A DNA stretch of 55,134 nucleotides from Candidatus Woesearchaeota archaeon CG1_02_57_44 (GTDB lineage Archaea; Nanobdellota; Nanobdellia; Woesearchaeales; CG1-02-57-44), in the NCBI GenBank assembly GCA_001871415.1, contig MNWW01000006.1, positions 1 through 55,134 on the forward strand, given 5' to 3'. The translations under genes and the position numbers were made by a program. The notes below the pieces were generated by a model. That model did no database searches. It was not told where the DNA came from and saw only the letters and a list, made by a program, of their open reading frames with translations. Position 1 is the stretch's first letter; every line of letters begins with the position of its first letter. Below, one piece after another: positions 33,969 to 43,368 of the stretch.

Positions 33969-34889
33969 ATGCTGAGCAAAGAAGAACGGACAAAGCATAT
34001 CGCAGAATTGCGAAAGCTCAAGAAGGACATCCAGTCCCTTCGGGATGAGCTCAACCAGGCAGATTCATCCCTGCAACAGCACAGCAGCGACCAGTATGCG
34101 GTGAGGGATCAGATACGCGAACTTATCAATCAGGCGCGCGAGCATAAGAAAGAGCGCAACATTTTGACGACCGCAGTCCAAGAGCAGAAAAAGGCGCGCC
34201 AGGAATTCAACACCAAGGTGCGCGACAAGGCGTCTGAAGTCAAGGTTGTGCAGGACGAGATCAAGGAGAAGGCAAAAAATCTCAAGATTAAGGAAGACCC
34301 CTCGCAGCTGATGCGCAAGATAGAGCAGTTGGAGACGCGCGTGGAGACCGAAGCTATCTCCATGGACAGCGAGAAGAAGATCATGAAGGAGATACACGTC
34401 CTGCGCTCACGCCTCGCTGACGCTTCACAGTTCCAGGGCGCCTACGCCAAGCTCAACACACTCACAGACGAGCTTCGCGAAGTCAAGCGCCAGGCCGACG
34501 CGCTGCACCGCAAAATACAGGAAGATGCGGCCCGCAGCCAGGAGCTGCACAACCAGGTCATCAAGATTTCGCATAAGATCGATCAGCTCAAGGAAGGAGC
34601 GCCTCCGAAGGAGATGAAAGAAGAGGAGCGCAAGCACTTCCACGAAGCAAATGAGCAGCTTAAGCAGAAGCTGTATGCACTCAATGAGCTCAACAAACTC
34701 CTTGACGATGACCGCGAGCAGAACCGCGAAGCCAGCAAGAAACGCGACGAGGACAGCTTGCGAGAGAAGCAGCAGGAAGTCGAGGACAAGGTCAAGAAGC
34801 GCAAGAAGCTGACAACGGAAGACCTGCTGGTCTATCAGAGCACTATCTCCGGCGGCAAACAGAAGCCAGGCAAGGAGCAGAAAGAGTAG
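33969..34889 (+). CDS. Coiled-coil protein (COG1340-like archaeal coiled-coil family)
   Basis: 306 aa, heptad-rich and K/E/Q-rich throughout. No enzymatic motifs. Confidence 0.5.
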   Translation: MLSKEERTKHIAELRKLKKDIQSLRDELNQADSSLQQHSSDQYAVRDQIRELINQAREHKKERNILTTAVQEQKKARQEFNTKVRDKASEVKVVQDEIKEKAKNLKIKEDPSQLMRKIEQLETRVETEAISMDSEKKIMKEIHVLRSRLADASQFQGAYAKLNTLTDELREVKRQADALHRKIQEDAARSQELHNQVIKISHKIDQLKEGAPPKEMKEEERKHFHEANEQLKQKLYALNELNKLLDDDREQNREASKKRDEDSLREKQQEVEDKVKKRKKLTTEDLLVYQSTISGGKQKPGKEQKE

Positions 34890-34915
34890 TCTCGCGCCTG
34901 CTTCGTACCCAATTC

Positions 34916-35461
34916 TCAGTAATCTAGCTTGGTCATGACTGCGTTCATCACTTCATTCAAACCTGCCAGGGGCACATCTCTGCAGATGGCGATACTGGCA
35001 TGCACCACCTGCTGATGGGTCACTATCAGGAGGGTCTGGTCAGGATCTCGAGTCTTCTGTTCATCCAGAAAATCTTTCACCCTTGCGAGCATATGCTCTG
35101 GCAGCTCGCCTCCTTCCGGCGCCTGCGCCGGCAGATAGTAATGGTGCCGTAGCCTCTGCTCCCACTGCACCTCTTCCTTACGCCTCCCTTCCAAGACACC
35201 GAGATTACGCGCCCGGATGCGCTCGTCGACCTGTACGGGAAGATGCAGGACATCTGCGATGATGTCCGCTGTCTCGCGTGCTCGCCGCAGGGGGCTGGAG
35301 AAGATGCACACCACATCCTGCGATTGCTCTGTTCTGAGCTGCTCTCCTGTAAGTCTGGCCTGCTCTGTCCCCTTCTCTGACAATGGCCCATCAGTCGCTC
35401 CCTGCAAGATGCCCTGCTTATTGAGCATCGATTCACCATGACGGACAAGCAAAACGCGCAT
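34916..35461 (-). CDS. Histidine phosphatase superfamily protein (phosphoglycerate mutase-like, branch 1)
   Basis: MRVLLVRHGES...N, SSPLRRARETA, and the second His in LIVTHQQV. Start set at ATG 35461; the longer ORF is an antisense artefact. Confidence 0.8.
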   Translation of the reverse strand: MRVLLVRHGESMLNKQGILQGATDGPLSEKGTEQARLTGEQLRTEQSQDVVCIFSSPLRRARETADIIADVLHLPVQVDERIRARNLGVLEGRRKEEVQWEQRLRHHYYLPAQAPEGGELPEHMLARVKDFLDEQKTRDPDQTLLIVTHQQVVHASIAICRDVPLAGLNEVMNAVMTKLDY

Positions 35462-35534
35462 GACCTCTCGAATACACGTTCCTTGATTAAGTTTGTGCGA
35501 AATGTTTAAGAATAGCGCAAGCAAAAAAGGTGTC

Positions 35535-36710
35535 ATGGGTCTTCTTTCACGCGCACAGGAGATACGCAGCTCCCAGGAGCAGACGAGCGCGCCTGCACCC
35601 GCAGTGACAAAGGCCAAAATACCGCATGCGCGCGCAAAGGCACGCTCCGGGGTGACAAGCGAAAAGAGACCTGCTTTAGCCAAGGACAAGAAAAGACAGG
35701 CAAACAGACCCGAACGTGCCCAGAAAAAATCGAAAGCAAAGAACGTGCAGCCAACCCCGACCAGGAGTTCCAAGAAACAGCAACCTGCCGCGATCGCCAA
35801 CACGCACCAGGTCATCAGAGAGCATTTTGAGCAACGCATCAGCCGGCAGGAGCACCCCCGTGTGGAGGAACCACACATCAGCATCATTGGTACAAGAATA
35901 CGTGCGCACCGACCACATGGCACACTCAAGCACGCGCAAGCTGGAAACACCAATTTCTCCCTGCTCAAGCAGGAGATAGAGTCAGCCATGAAGGAGCATC
36001 ACAGCCAGGAAGTGCCGAAAGACACGGACAGGGCCGCGAGCGGCATACCCGGACTTGACGGTGTCATGGGCAAAGGATTCTTGCGTGATTCCGTCAATCT
36101 CATCGCTGGCGGGCCTGGCAGCGGCAAGACCATCTTCGCCATGCAATTTTTGCAGCAAGGAGCCTGCAATGGAGAGCCTGGCGTCTACATATCCTTTGAA
36201 CAGACAGAAGAAGAGATACTTGCCGATATGGATGCCTTTGGTTGGGATCTGCCAGGGCTTATCCGCAAGAAAAAACTAAGCATCCTCTCCTACACACCTG
36301 AGCAGGTCGAGCAGGTCATGAAATCCGGCGGTGGCATTGTCCGGGATGTCATCGCAAGCATTGGCGCAAGGTTGGTGGTCATTGACAGCATCACGGCGTT
36401 CAACCTCCTGCATGACCATGAACTCGCCCAGCGCAAGGCATGCATCGGCCTGTTCAGACTGCTCAAGAAGTGGGATTGCACATCCCTGGTCATCGCTGAA
36501 GCAGAAGAGGACCCTGATAGACCCAACAACAAGGTAGAGACGTTCGAGGTCGATGCTGTCATATTCCTCTATAACATCCGCAAGGCTGACATCCGCGAGC
36601 GCGCGCTGGAGATATTCAAGATGCGCGGCAGCAAGCACTCGGCCAAGATATTTCCCATGACCATAAGTGAACACGGCGTCCTTATCTACCCAGACCAGAC
36701 GGTCTTTTGA
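35535..36710 (+). CDS. Single-domain KaiC/RadA-like ATPase with a basic, low-complexity N-terminal extension of about 175 aa
   Basis: GIPGLDGVMGKGF, Walker A GGPGSGKT, Walker B LVVIDSI, FKMRGSKH. ATG 35535 is 26 nt downstream of the TATA GTTTAAGAATAG. Confidence 0.8.
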   Translation: MGLLSRAQEIRSSQEQTSAPAPAVTKAKIPHARAKARSGVTSEKRPALAKDKKRQANRPERAQKKSKAKNVQPTPTRSSKKQQPAAIANTHQVIREHFEQRISRQEHPRVEEPHISIIGTRIRAHRPHGTLKHAQAGNTNFSLLKQEIESAMKEHHSQEVPKDTDRAASGIPGLDGVMGKGFLRDSVNLIAGGPGSGKTIFAMQFLQQGACNGEPGVYISFEQTEEEILADMDAFGWDLPGLIRKKKLSILSYTPEQVEQVMKSGGGIVRDVIASIGARLVVIDSITAFNLLHDHELAQRKACIGLFRLLKKWDCTSLVIAEAEEDPDRPNNKVETFEVDAVIFLYNIRKADIRERALEIFKMRGSKHSAKIFPMTISEHGVLIYPDQTVF

Positions 36711-36720
36711 GGTGACCATC

Positions 36721-37584
36721 ATGCAACTCGGAAAAACACTGGACAAGAATCCCATCGTGCTTGGCATGGTCCAGAAAGAATACTACAATGAGACCATCTT
36801 TGAGGCGCTACGCCAGATGAAAGACCGACGCATCTGCTATGTGTCGCTGAACAAGCCAGCAAAGACCCTGCATCACGCGTTCGCGCTGCACAATGTTCCC
36901 ATGGAAAAGATGTTTTTCATCGACACGGTCTCGCAGGGCCTTGGCCAGGACAATGGCGAGGACAATGTGCTCTTCTGCTCGAGTCCCGCGGCGCTGACCG
37001 AGCTAAGCATCGCCATAGGCGAAGCGCTCAAGAGCGGCGCGTTTGACGCGTTGTTCTTTGACTCACTCTCGACACTCAACATCTATGATCTGGGCAGCAG
37101 CGCCGAGCGCTTCACCGGCACGGTCATCACGAAGTTGCAGAGTGGGGATGATCAAGGGCTCTTCACCTGCCTGGAAGATGACCAGGACACCCCACTCATC
37201 AGGACGAGCAGCATGCAGGTGGACAAGGTCGTGCGGTTTCCTGAGCTTTATGGCAGGATCGATAAGAAGCGCAAGAACACGGCACTAGCCCTGCTAGGAG
37301 GCATCGGCATATCCGGAACCCTCATGTTCCTGCATCCTGGCGGCGCTGTAACCGGGTATGTTGTTGGAGGAGGCGTTTCGGGAACCCCTGCCGCGCTCCT
37401 GCTCGGATTTTTCACCTTGCTCGCTGTTACCTTCATGGCCTATCGGGGGACGCTCCTACGACCAGTGGAAAAAGAGCAACTGCTGGCCATGAAGCCAGCC
37501 AAGCATGACAAGAAGAAACTGCGTAGCCAGTATCATGGAAAAATATCTCATTGGCTTGAGAGCCTGGAGTGCGCCATATTCTGA
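36721..37584 (+). CDS. Membrane-anchored KaiC-like protein lacking Walker A (pseudo-ATPase); paralogue of 7248-7847
   Basis: Starts 11 nt after the kaiC-like stop. Blocks CYVSLNKPAKTL, FFIDTVS and FFDSLSTL. C-terminal hydrophobic segments LALLGGIGISGTLMFL and ALLLGFFTLLAVTFMAY. Confidence 0.55.
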   Translation: MQLGKTLDKNPIVLGMVQKEYYNETIFEALRQMKDRRICYVSLNKPAKTLHHAFALHNVPMEKMFFIDTVSQGLGQDNGEDNVLFCSSPAALTELSIAIGEALKSGAFDALFFDSLSTLNIYDLGSSAERFTGTVITKLQSGDDQGLFTCLEDDQDTPLIRTSSMQVDKVVRFPELYGRIDKKRKNTALALLGGIGISGTLMFLHPGGAVTGYVVGGGVSGTPAALLLGFFTLLAVTFMAYRGTLLRPVEKEQLLAMKPAKHDKKKLRSQYHGKISHWLESLECAIF

Positions 37585-37629
37585 CCTTCCACTGAAACAT
37601 TTTAATACTCAGGAGGATTGCTCGCTGCT

Positions 37630-38100
37630 ATGGCAGATACAACACAAATCCAAGGCGTCATCATCAAGAAGCTGGTCAAACATTGCGACGACAGAGGATT
37701 TCTCATGGAGCTGCTACGCGAGCAGGACACGTTCTTCGCTGAAATCAAGCAGACAACCTATACGGAATCGTACCCTGATGTCATCAAGGCGTTCCACTAC
37801 CACAAACAGCAGGATGACCTCTGGTTCGTGGCCAAAGGCATGGCGCAAGTGGTCATGCATGATCTGCGCAAGGGCTCCGCCACCAATGGCGTCACGCAGG
37901 TCGTGTACGCAGGAGAAGACAATCCGGTCCTGCTGTTCATCCCACGAGGCGTCGCCCATGGCTATCGCGTCCTTGGCAATGAACGCGTCGGCATCCTGTA
38001 TCATACCACGGCAGCTTATGACCCTGGCAGTCCTGATGAGCACCGCATCGCGCACGACGACCCTGCCATAGGGTTTGACTGGCATACCAAGAACCGGTGA
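37630..38100 (+). CDS. rmlC: dTDP-4-dehydrorhamnose 3,5-epimerase-related cupin (short form)
   Basis: DDRGFLMEL, FHYHKQQDDLWFV, IPRGVAHGY. Confidence 0.75.
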   Translation: MADTTQIQGVIIKKLVKHCDDRGFLMELLREQDTFFAEIKQTTYTESYPDVIKAFHYHKQQDDLWFVAKGMAQVVMHDLRKGSATNGVTQVVYAGEDNPVLLFIPRGVAHGYRVLGNERVGILYHTTAAYDPGSPDEHRIAHDDPAIGFDWHTKNR

Positions 38101-38104
38101 GCGC

Positions 38105-39094
38105 ATGAGACTGCTTGTCACGGGCGGCTGCGGGTTCATCGGCAGCAACTTCATTTTGCGCATGCTCTCACTGCATGATGATTGGACAATAGTCAATCTG
38201 GACATTCTAACATACGCTGGCAATGAAGAAAATCTCGCCGCGGTTTCTGGCGATCCACGATATACGTTTATCCGTGGCGACATCTGCGACGCTGCGGTCG
38301 TGGACGCGTTGATGACGGATTGCGACGCTGTCGTACACTTCGCTGCGGAATCCCATGTCGACCGCAGCATCCTCGCGCCAGCGGCGTTTGTCCGCGCGAA
38401 TGTCCTTGGGACGCAGGTGCTTCTGGACGCCGCGGTCAGGTATAATGTCCGGTTCCATCACATCAGCACCGACGAGGTCTTCGGCGCGCTTGGAAAAGAA
38501 GGAACATTCTCCGAGCAGACACCCTATGCGCCAAGGTCCCCTTACGCAGCATCGAAAGCCGCGGCGGACCATCTTGTCAGAGCCTACATCCATACCTACG
38601 GCCTGAAGGCCACCATCAGCAACTGCTCGAACAATTATGGCCCTTACCAGTTCCCTGAGAAGCTCATACCATTGGCTGTGACCAATCTGATAGACGGCAA
38701 GAAGATCCCTGTCTATGGCAAGGGCGAGAACATCAGGGACTGGGTGCATGTGGATGACCATAATGACGCAGTCGCGCTGGTATTGACGCGCGGCCGGATC
38801 GGAGAGACGTACTGCATCGGCGGTGACACTGAGCTACGTAACATCGATGTGGCGCGGGCGATATGCACCGCGTTCGATAAGGGCGATGAATCGTTCACGT
38901 TCGTCACCGACCGCAAAGGCCATGATTTCCGGTACGCCATCGACTTCTCCAAGATACAGAAGGAATTAGGGTGGACGCCTGCGCACGACTTTGCCGCGGG
39001 ACTGGCTGAAACGATATCATGGTATCGCTCCCATGAGAAATGGTGGCGCAAGCTGCAGGGACGTGTGATTGCCGACGTGACCGAGAAGGAATAG
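38105..39094 (+). CDS. rmlB: dTDP-glucose 4,6-dehydratase
   Basis: MRLLVTGGCGFIGSNF, HFAAESHVDRS, SPYAASKAAADHL, YGPYQFPEKLIP, DWVHVDDH. Confidence 0.9.
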   Translation: MRLLVTGGCGFIGSNFILRMLSLHDDWTIVNLDILTYAGNEENLAAVSGDPRYTFIRGDICDAAVVDALMTDCDAVVHFAAESHVDRSILAPAAFVRANVLGTQVLLDAAVRYNVRFHHISTDEVFGALGKEGTFSEQTPYAPRSPYAASKAAADHLVRAYIHTYGLKATISNCSNNYGPYQFPEKLIPLAVTNLIDGKKIPVYGKGENIRDWVHVDDHNDAVALVLTRGRIGETYCIGGDTELRNIDVARAICTAFDKGDESFTFVTDRKGHDFRYAIDFSKIQKELGWTPAHDFAAGLAETISWYRSHEKWWRKLQGRVIADVTEKE

Positions 39095-39217
39095 TATATC
39101 TCCATCTTAGCCCTGCATGGTATGTGATAGGCAACCTGATATGTTATGCGATAGCACGGTCTGTAACTTTTTCGTAATCTTTAACAATGATTGCGCATTC
39201 TACCAGCAGGAAACCAC

Positions 39218-39688
39218 ATGGCAGATGAACAACCAGCAACCGACGCGGCCGTGAAGGTCGCGAAGAACAGCACTGTATCCGTCGAATACACCGGCACGCT
39301 CGCTGATGGCAGTATCTTTGACGCGTCCTCGGAGCATGGCAAGCCGCTCACCTTCGTCGCCGGGGCCGGACAGGTCGTCCCTGGCTTTGATGACGCGGTC
39401 ATGGGCATGAAGCAAGGTGAAGAGAAGACGTTCACGATATCAGCCGGTGACGCGTATGGCGAGCGCACGGAAGAGCTGGTGCAGAAGATCCCCCGGCAGC
39501 AGTTGCCCCAGGGCATGGAACCCGCCGCGGGGATGATGCTCACGCTGCAGACACCGGAAGGCCAGCAGATACCGGCCACTGTGTCTGCAGTCGATACCGA
39601 AGCCATCACGCTGGACCTGAACCATCCGCTCGCCGGCAAGGAGCTCACGTTCGCGATAAAGGTGGTGAAGATAGAACCTGGGGGCTGA
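39218..39688 (+). CDS. FKBP-type peptidyl-prolyl cis-trans isomerase (SlyD-like, with IF insert)
   Basis: VSVEYTGTLADGSIFDAS, VVPGFDDAVMGMKQGEEK, LNHPLAGKELTFAIKVV. Confidence 0.85.
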   Translation: MADEQPATDAAVKVAKNSTVSVEYTGTLADGSIFDASSEHGKPLTFVAGAGQVVPGFDDAVMGMKQGEEKTFTISAGDAYGERTEELVQKIPRQQLPQGMEPAAGMMLTLQTPEGQQIPATVSAVDTEAITLDLNHPLAGKELTFAIKVVKIEPGG

Positions 39689-39818
39689 ATAGGACGCGCT
39701 CGAACGCAATCAGGACTGTGTCGGACGTACGGACGGGTCTGACAATTTTTCTCTCTCTTCCTGCGCTTATATCATGTGTGCCTCATGCAGCACATATCAA
39801 GCATGCGTCATGCAGCAA

Positions 39819-40664
39819 TCACTTCTTTTGCGGCCACATGGCGAAGACGAACAGGTGTTCCCAAGTGGAAAGGACAATCTCGAAGACCGCGAGCAGGATA
39901 CAGGCGATCGTGATGATGACCGGATTCGCGGAGACCATAGCGCCTGCCAACGCAGGACGCTGCACCTGACGCGCGATGAGCGCGATGCCTATCACAAAGA
40001 GCCACGTCAGCAAGGTGTGCTTGAAGTGCAGCTTGCCGAAATTCGCGCCGATACGGACACTCTTCTCCGCGCGCTGCCAGGCGCCAATGCCCATGACTTT
40101 GCCGAGCTCATCACCACGGAACAGAAGAGCAGCGTAGGCGAACAGCATGCGCCAGACGACCAGCAGTATCCAGTAGGAGAAGAGCAGGACCAGGAACAGG
40201 ATGGCGACACTTTGGGCCACCATATCGATCAGGAGAGGATTGGCAATCGTGTAGAAGAGCGCGAACAATGGCAGGCCTATCAAGAAATAATAGAGGATGC
40301 TGATGTCCAGGACCTCCATGAAATACTGACGGCCATACGTCCAGCCGTTCCTCAGGGAGACCTTGCGGCCTTTGAGCGCGTCCTTGTACATGCCAAAGGC
40401 CATGGCAGAGAAGTAGGAGAGGACGGAGACTTCCGCCACCAGGTAGAACCAGAACAAGGGGCTTCCCAACAGGATCTGCCATACTCCGCGCAGACCCACG
40501 GACCAGGAGAAGAGCATTAGCATTTCCAGGATGCGCAATCGCGCGATGAGCACGAGCAGCAGCAAGACTGACGCTGCCAGGGACAATGCTTTTGGAACCA
40601 GGAGCAATGGCTCTTTTTCCAGCAGATGCCAGGTCTTCGCGATGCCTTTGATATAGCGTGCCAT
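39819..40664 (-). CDS. Polytopic membrane protein of unknown function
   Basis: About 8 hydrophobic segments. Start set at MARYIKG (40664), 27 nt downstream of a TATA (revcomp of GGTTATAAAGG). Divergent from the DUF2156 gene. Confidence 0.5.
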   Translation of the reverse strand: MARYIKGIAKTWHLLEKEPLLLVPKALSLAASVLLLLVLIARLRILEMLMLFSWSVGLRGVWQILLGSPLFWFYLVAEVSVLSYFSAMAFGMYKDALKGRKVSLRNGWTYGRQYFMEVLDISILYYFLIGLPLFALFYTIANPLLIDMVAQSVAILFLVLLFSYWILLVVWRMLFAYAALLFRGDELGKVMGIGAWQRAEKSVRIGANFGKLHFKHTLLTWLFVIGIALIARQVQRPALAGAMVSANPVIITIACILLAVFEIVLSTWEHLFVFAMWPQKK

Positions 40665-40779
40665 GCCACTATCTGCAACACCGGGGGTTATAAAGGTTTC
40701 GTGATGGAAAAGGGACGAACTATGCAGAGCACCAACCATTGCCGAAACCATTAATAACCATGCTGCCGGATATGCGACC

Positions 40780-41844
40780 ATGGAACCCAGGCAGGTCCTC
40801 GCGCTGCTGCGCCAGCATGGCCGCAACACCATCAGCTTCCAGACCCTCATGCCGGGCCTCCGCTATTTTCAGTCACATGAATCAGGCTACATCGCCTACG
40901 TCCATGACAAGCACGTCTGGCTCGCGGTGGGCGATCCTGTCTGCGCACCGCAAGACCGCATGCTCCTCGCGCATCATTTCAGGAAGGCGGCGCACGTGGC
41001 CAAGGCAGATTGCTGCTTCCTGCACACGTCCCAAGAGATGCGCGACATCTTCGACCTCATGGCCTTTGGCACCATCAAGATAGGTGAAGAAGGCATCATC
41101 AATGTTCCGGAGTTCTCCACGTCAGGCAACCGCATGGATGATGTACGTTATGGATGCAATCATGCGGCCAAATCAGGCGTGTCTGTCAAACAAGTAGGTG
41201 ATGAAGCAGACCTGCTCGCGGGCATCACTGCATTGACCAGGCAATGGAGCAAGATGCATAAGGTCAATCACTTCAGCTTCCTTTTAAGCATGAATCCGCT
41301 CCTGTACGCAGAGGAGAAACGCATCTTCGTCGCGCTCCATGATAGCAAGGTCGTCGGATATCTCACCGGCGTTCCTATCTACCAGCGCAATGGCCTGTAT
41401 TTCGAGGACATCATCGTGAGCAAGGACGCGCCCAATGGCACAGGCAAACTACTGGTCGTCAATGCCATCGAGGCATTGCAGCAGCAAGGAGTAGCCATCG
41501 CAACGCTCGGCGCGAGCCCTCTGGCCAACATCACACCCGACGACAACCAGGATTATCCTCTGGCCAACAAGGCCCTCGCATTGCTGCGCGAGCATGGCAA
41601 CACGTTCTACAACTACAAGAGCCTCACGTACTTCAAGCAATCCTTCCAGCCCCACTCCTATGAGCCCCACTACTTCTGCTTCTATCCGCCACGGCTCAAG
41701 CGACGCATGATACAGGCGGTCATCAAGGCTTACAGCCCTGGCGGCATACCTCGGCTGGTGCTCAGCAGAATCAGCAAGGAGCTGAGGGCGCTGCGGCTGC
41801 GGACTCAGCGCGCCAAAGGACCACGTATCGCGCGCAGCAAATAA
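40780..41844 (+). CDS. Stand-alone DUF2156 / LPG_synthase_C domain protein (MprF C-terminal-like, aminoacyl-tRNA-dependent transferase fold)
   Basis: 354 aa with no TM segments. Blocks FSFLLSMNPL, YFEDIIVSKDAPNGTG and NTFYNYKSLTYFKQSFQPHSYEPHYFCF resemble the catalytic domain of aminoacyl-phosphatidylglycerol synthases. Confidence 0.65.
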   Translation: MEPRQVLALLRQHGRNTISFQTLMPGLRYFQSHESGYIAYVHDKHVWLAVGDPVCAPQDRMLLAHHFRKAAHVAKADCCFLHTSQEMRDIFDLMAFGTIKIGEEGIINVPEFSTSGNRMDDVRYGCNHAAKSGVSVKQVGDEADLLAGITALTRQWSKMHKVNHFSFLLSMNPLLYAEEKRIFVALHDSKVVGYLTGVPIYQRNGLYFEDIIVSKDAPNGTGKLLVVNAIEALQQQGVAIATLGASPLANITPDDNQDYPLANKALALLREHGNTFYNYKSLTYFKQSFQPHSYEPHYFCFYPPRLKRRMIQAVIKAYSPGGIPRLVLSRISKELRALRLRTQRAKGPRIARSK

Positions 41845-42569
41845 GGCAACCCTATCACCATCATCAGTATGCTCGCCCACTGACCCATCTGCAGCCCCAA
41901 CAGCCATGTGGGGTCGTCTCGCCAATAATCCGTTATGAGGCGAAACAGACCGTAGAGGAAGAAGAACAGCCAGAAGGTGACGCCCGGCTTGTCAAAACGA
42001 TAGCGCTTCCAGACCGGAAGGATGATGAGGTAGAGCAGGAAGAGGATGGCCGCCTGATACAACTGGTAGGGATGCCTGCACCCCGCATAGCCAGGAAAGA
42101 TGACGCACCAGGGCACGTTCGCCACTTTTCCCACGAGCTCGGCATTGATGAAGTTCGCGACGCGACCAAGGCTCAATGACAGGGCGGTAGCGATCAGCAC
42201 GACTTCACTGGCATGATAGATATTGATGCGGTATTTTCTACTGTAGATGATGGCAACCAACATGGCACCTATGAACGCGCCATGAAACGACATGCCCCCG
42301 TGCCAGATGTAGAAAAGCTCCCATGGATGCAGGAACTGCGCCGGCTGGTTGAACAGGAAATAACCGATCCTTCCACCCGCGATGATGCCGACGACGAGCC
42401 AGGAATACCCCCACTCGATGGACTCGCGCGTCATGTTGGGCATCTTCGCGCGTATCGCGAGCCAGTACGCGTACAGGAACCCGAACAGGTAGACAAGCCC
42501 GTACCAGCGGATGGCGAGCGGGCCTATCTGGAGCGCGATGGGATTGAACGTGTGAATGTAGGGCATCAT
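41805..42569 (-). CDS. lgt: Prolipoprotein (phosphatidylglycerol) diacylglyceryl transferase homologue
   Basis: GPLAIRWYGL, GGRIGYFLFN, WHGGMSFHGAFIG, GRVANFINAELVG, HPYQLYQA. The 3' end overlaps the convergent DUF2156 gene by 40 nt. Start MMPYIH is 26 nt downstream of a T/A box. Confidence 0.8.
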   Translation of the reverse strand: MMPYIHTFNPIALQIGPLAIRWYGLVYLFGFLYAYWLAIRAKMPNMTRESIEWGYSWLVVGIIAGGRIGYFLFNQPAQFLHPWELFYIWHGGMSFHGAFIGAMLVAIIYSRKYRINIYHASEVVLIATALSLSLGRVANFINAELVGKVANVPWCVIFPGYAGCRHPYQLYQAAILFLLYLIILPVWKRYRFDKPGVTFWLFFFLYGLFRLITDYWRDDPTWLLGLQMGQWASILMMVIGLPYLLRAIRGPLAR

Positions 42570-42818
42570 AGAAGGGGGAGCCCGGGGGAATAAAAAGGTT
42601 TGGTTATAATCCATAGCTCGGACCGGACATCCACAAGTCTTATTTAGCGAACTTCAATCGGTTTGCTGATGGAAGCGCTCCCGTTCAGCGGCCAGTCAGC
42701 CCACATATTACCAGAAGGACGCGGGCGTCGTAGGAATGGCCGAGCAACCGGTTCGTCCAGGAATCCTGGGCGCAATGGACGCGAAAGCGTATTAAAGTTC
42801 GGGTGATTATCGTTGACC

Positions 42819-43286
42819 ATGGATGTCAAGGACTATCTGCAGGCGCACGGCATCGCGTTTAGCAGCTTCACGCACCCGCCTGTTTATACCTGTGAGGAAG
42901 CGAATACATACAACCAGGACATCAGGGGCGTGCATTGCAAGAACCTGCTGCTCAAGGACAGGAAATCGCGTGCATTCTTTCTTGTCATCCTTCCTGCTGA
43001 TCAACAGGCGAGTATGGACTCGCTCGGTGATACCCTCAAGACCAAGCTGAAGTTCGCCAATGAGCAGGATCTGCAGGACAAGCTGGGGGTCGATGCGGGA
43101 TCCGTGACCCCGTTCGCCCTGCTCAATGATACGGAACATAAGGTGATACTGGTCATAGACCCACAAGTATGGAACGCTGATTATGTGAGCTTCCATCCAA
43201 ATGTGAACACGGAGACGCTCGAGCTGCAGGGGAGGGCGTTCCAGCAGTATGTGAAGTCATTGGAGAACACGCTTATCACCCTATGA
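42819..43286 (+). CDS. YbaK/ProX-type aminoacyl-tRNA deacylase (trans-editing) domain protein
   Basis: HCKNLLLKDRKSRAFFLVILPADQQ, LGVDAGSVTPFALLND and VSFHPNVNTETL are typical of the YbaK/EbsC/ProX fold. Confidence 0.7.
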   Translation: MDVKDYLQAHGIAFSSFTHPPVYTCEEANTYNQDIRGVHCKNLLLKDRKSRAFFLVILPADQQASMDSLGDTLKTKLKFANEQDLQDKLGVDAGSVTPFALLNDTEHKVILVIDPQVWNADYVSFHPNVNTETLELQGRAFQQYVKSLENTLITL

Positions 43287-43368
43287 GATAACCTGTCTGC
43301 ATCCTCGGAAAGCCACAGGTCAGCGCTGCCGCTGCCCAACAGGGAAAAAGAAACAAGGTATCAGGTAT

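Noticed and set aside
42615-42812. 190-nt GC-rich intergenic region between lgt and the ybaK-like gene as a tRNA/SRP/RNase P-like ncRNA, or the 61-aa minus-strand ORF 42644-42829
   Set aside because: I found no T-loop (GTTCRANYC) with matching stems, no SRP helix-8 motif and no nested terminal helix; only short local hairpins. The ORF is Pro/Arg-rich, overlaps the ybaK-like start and has no promoter spacing. A novel ncRNA cannot be excluded without RNA-seq.
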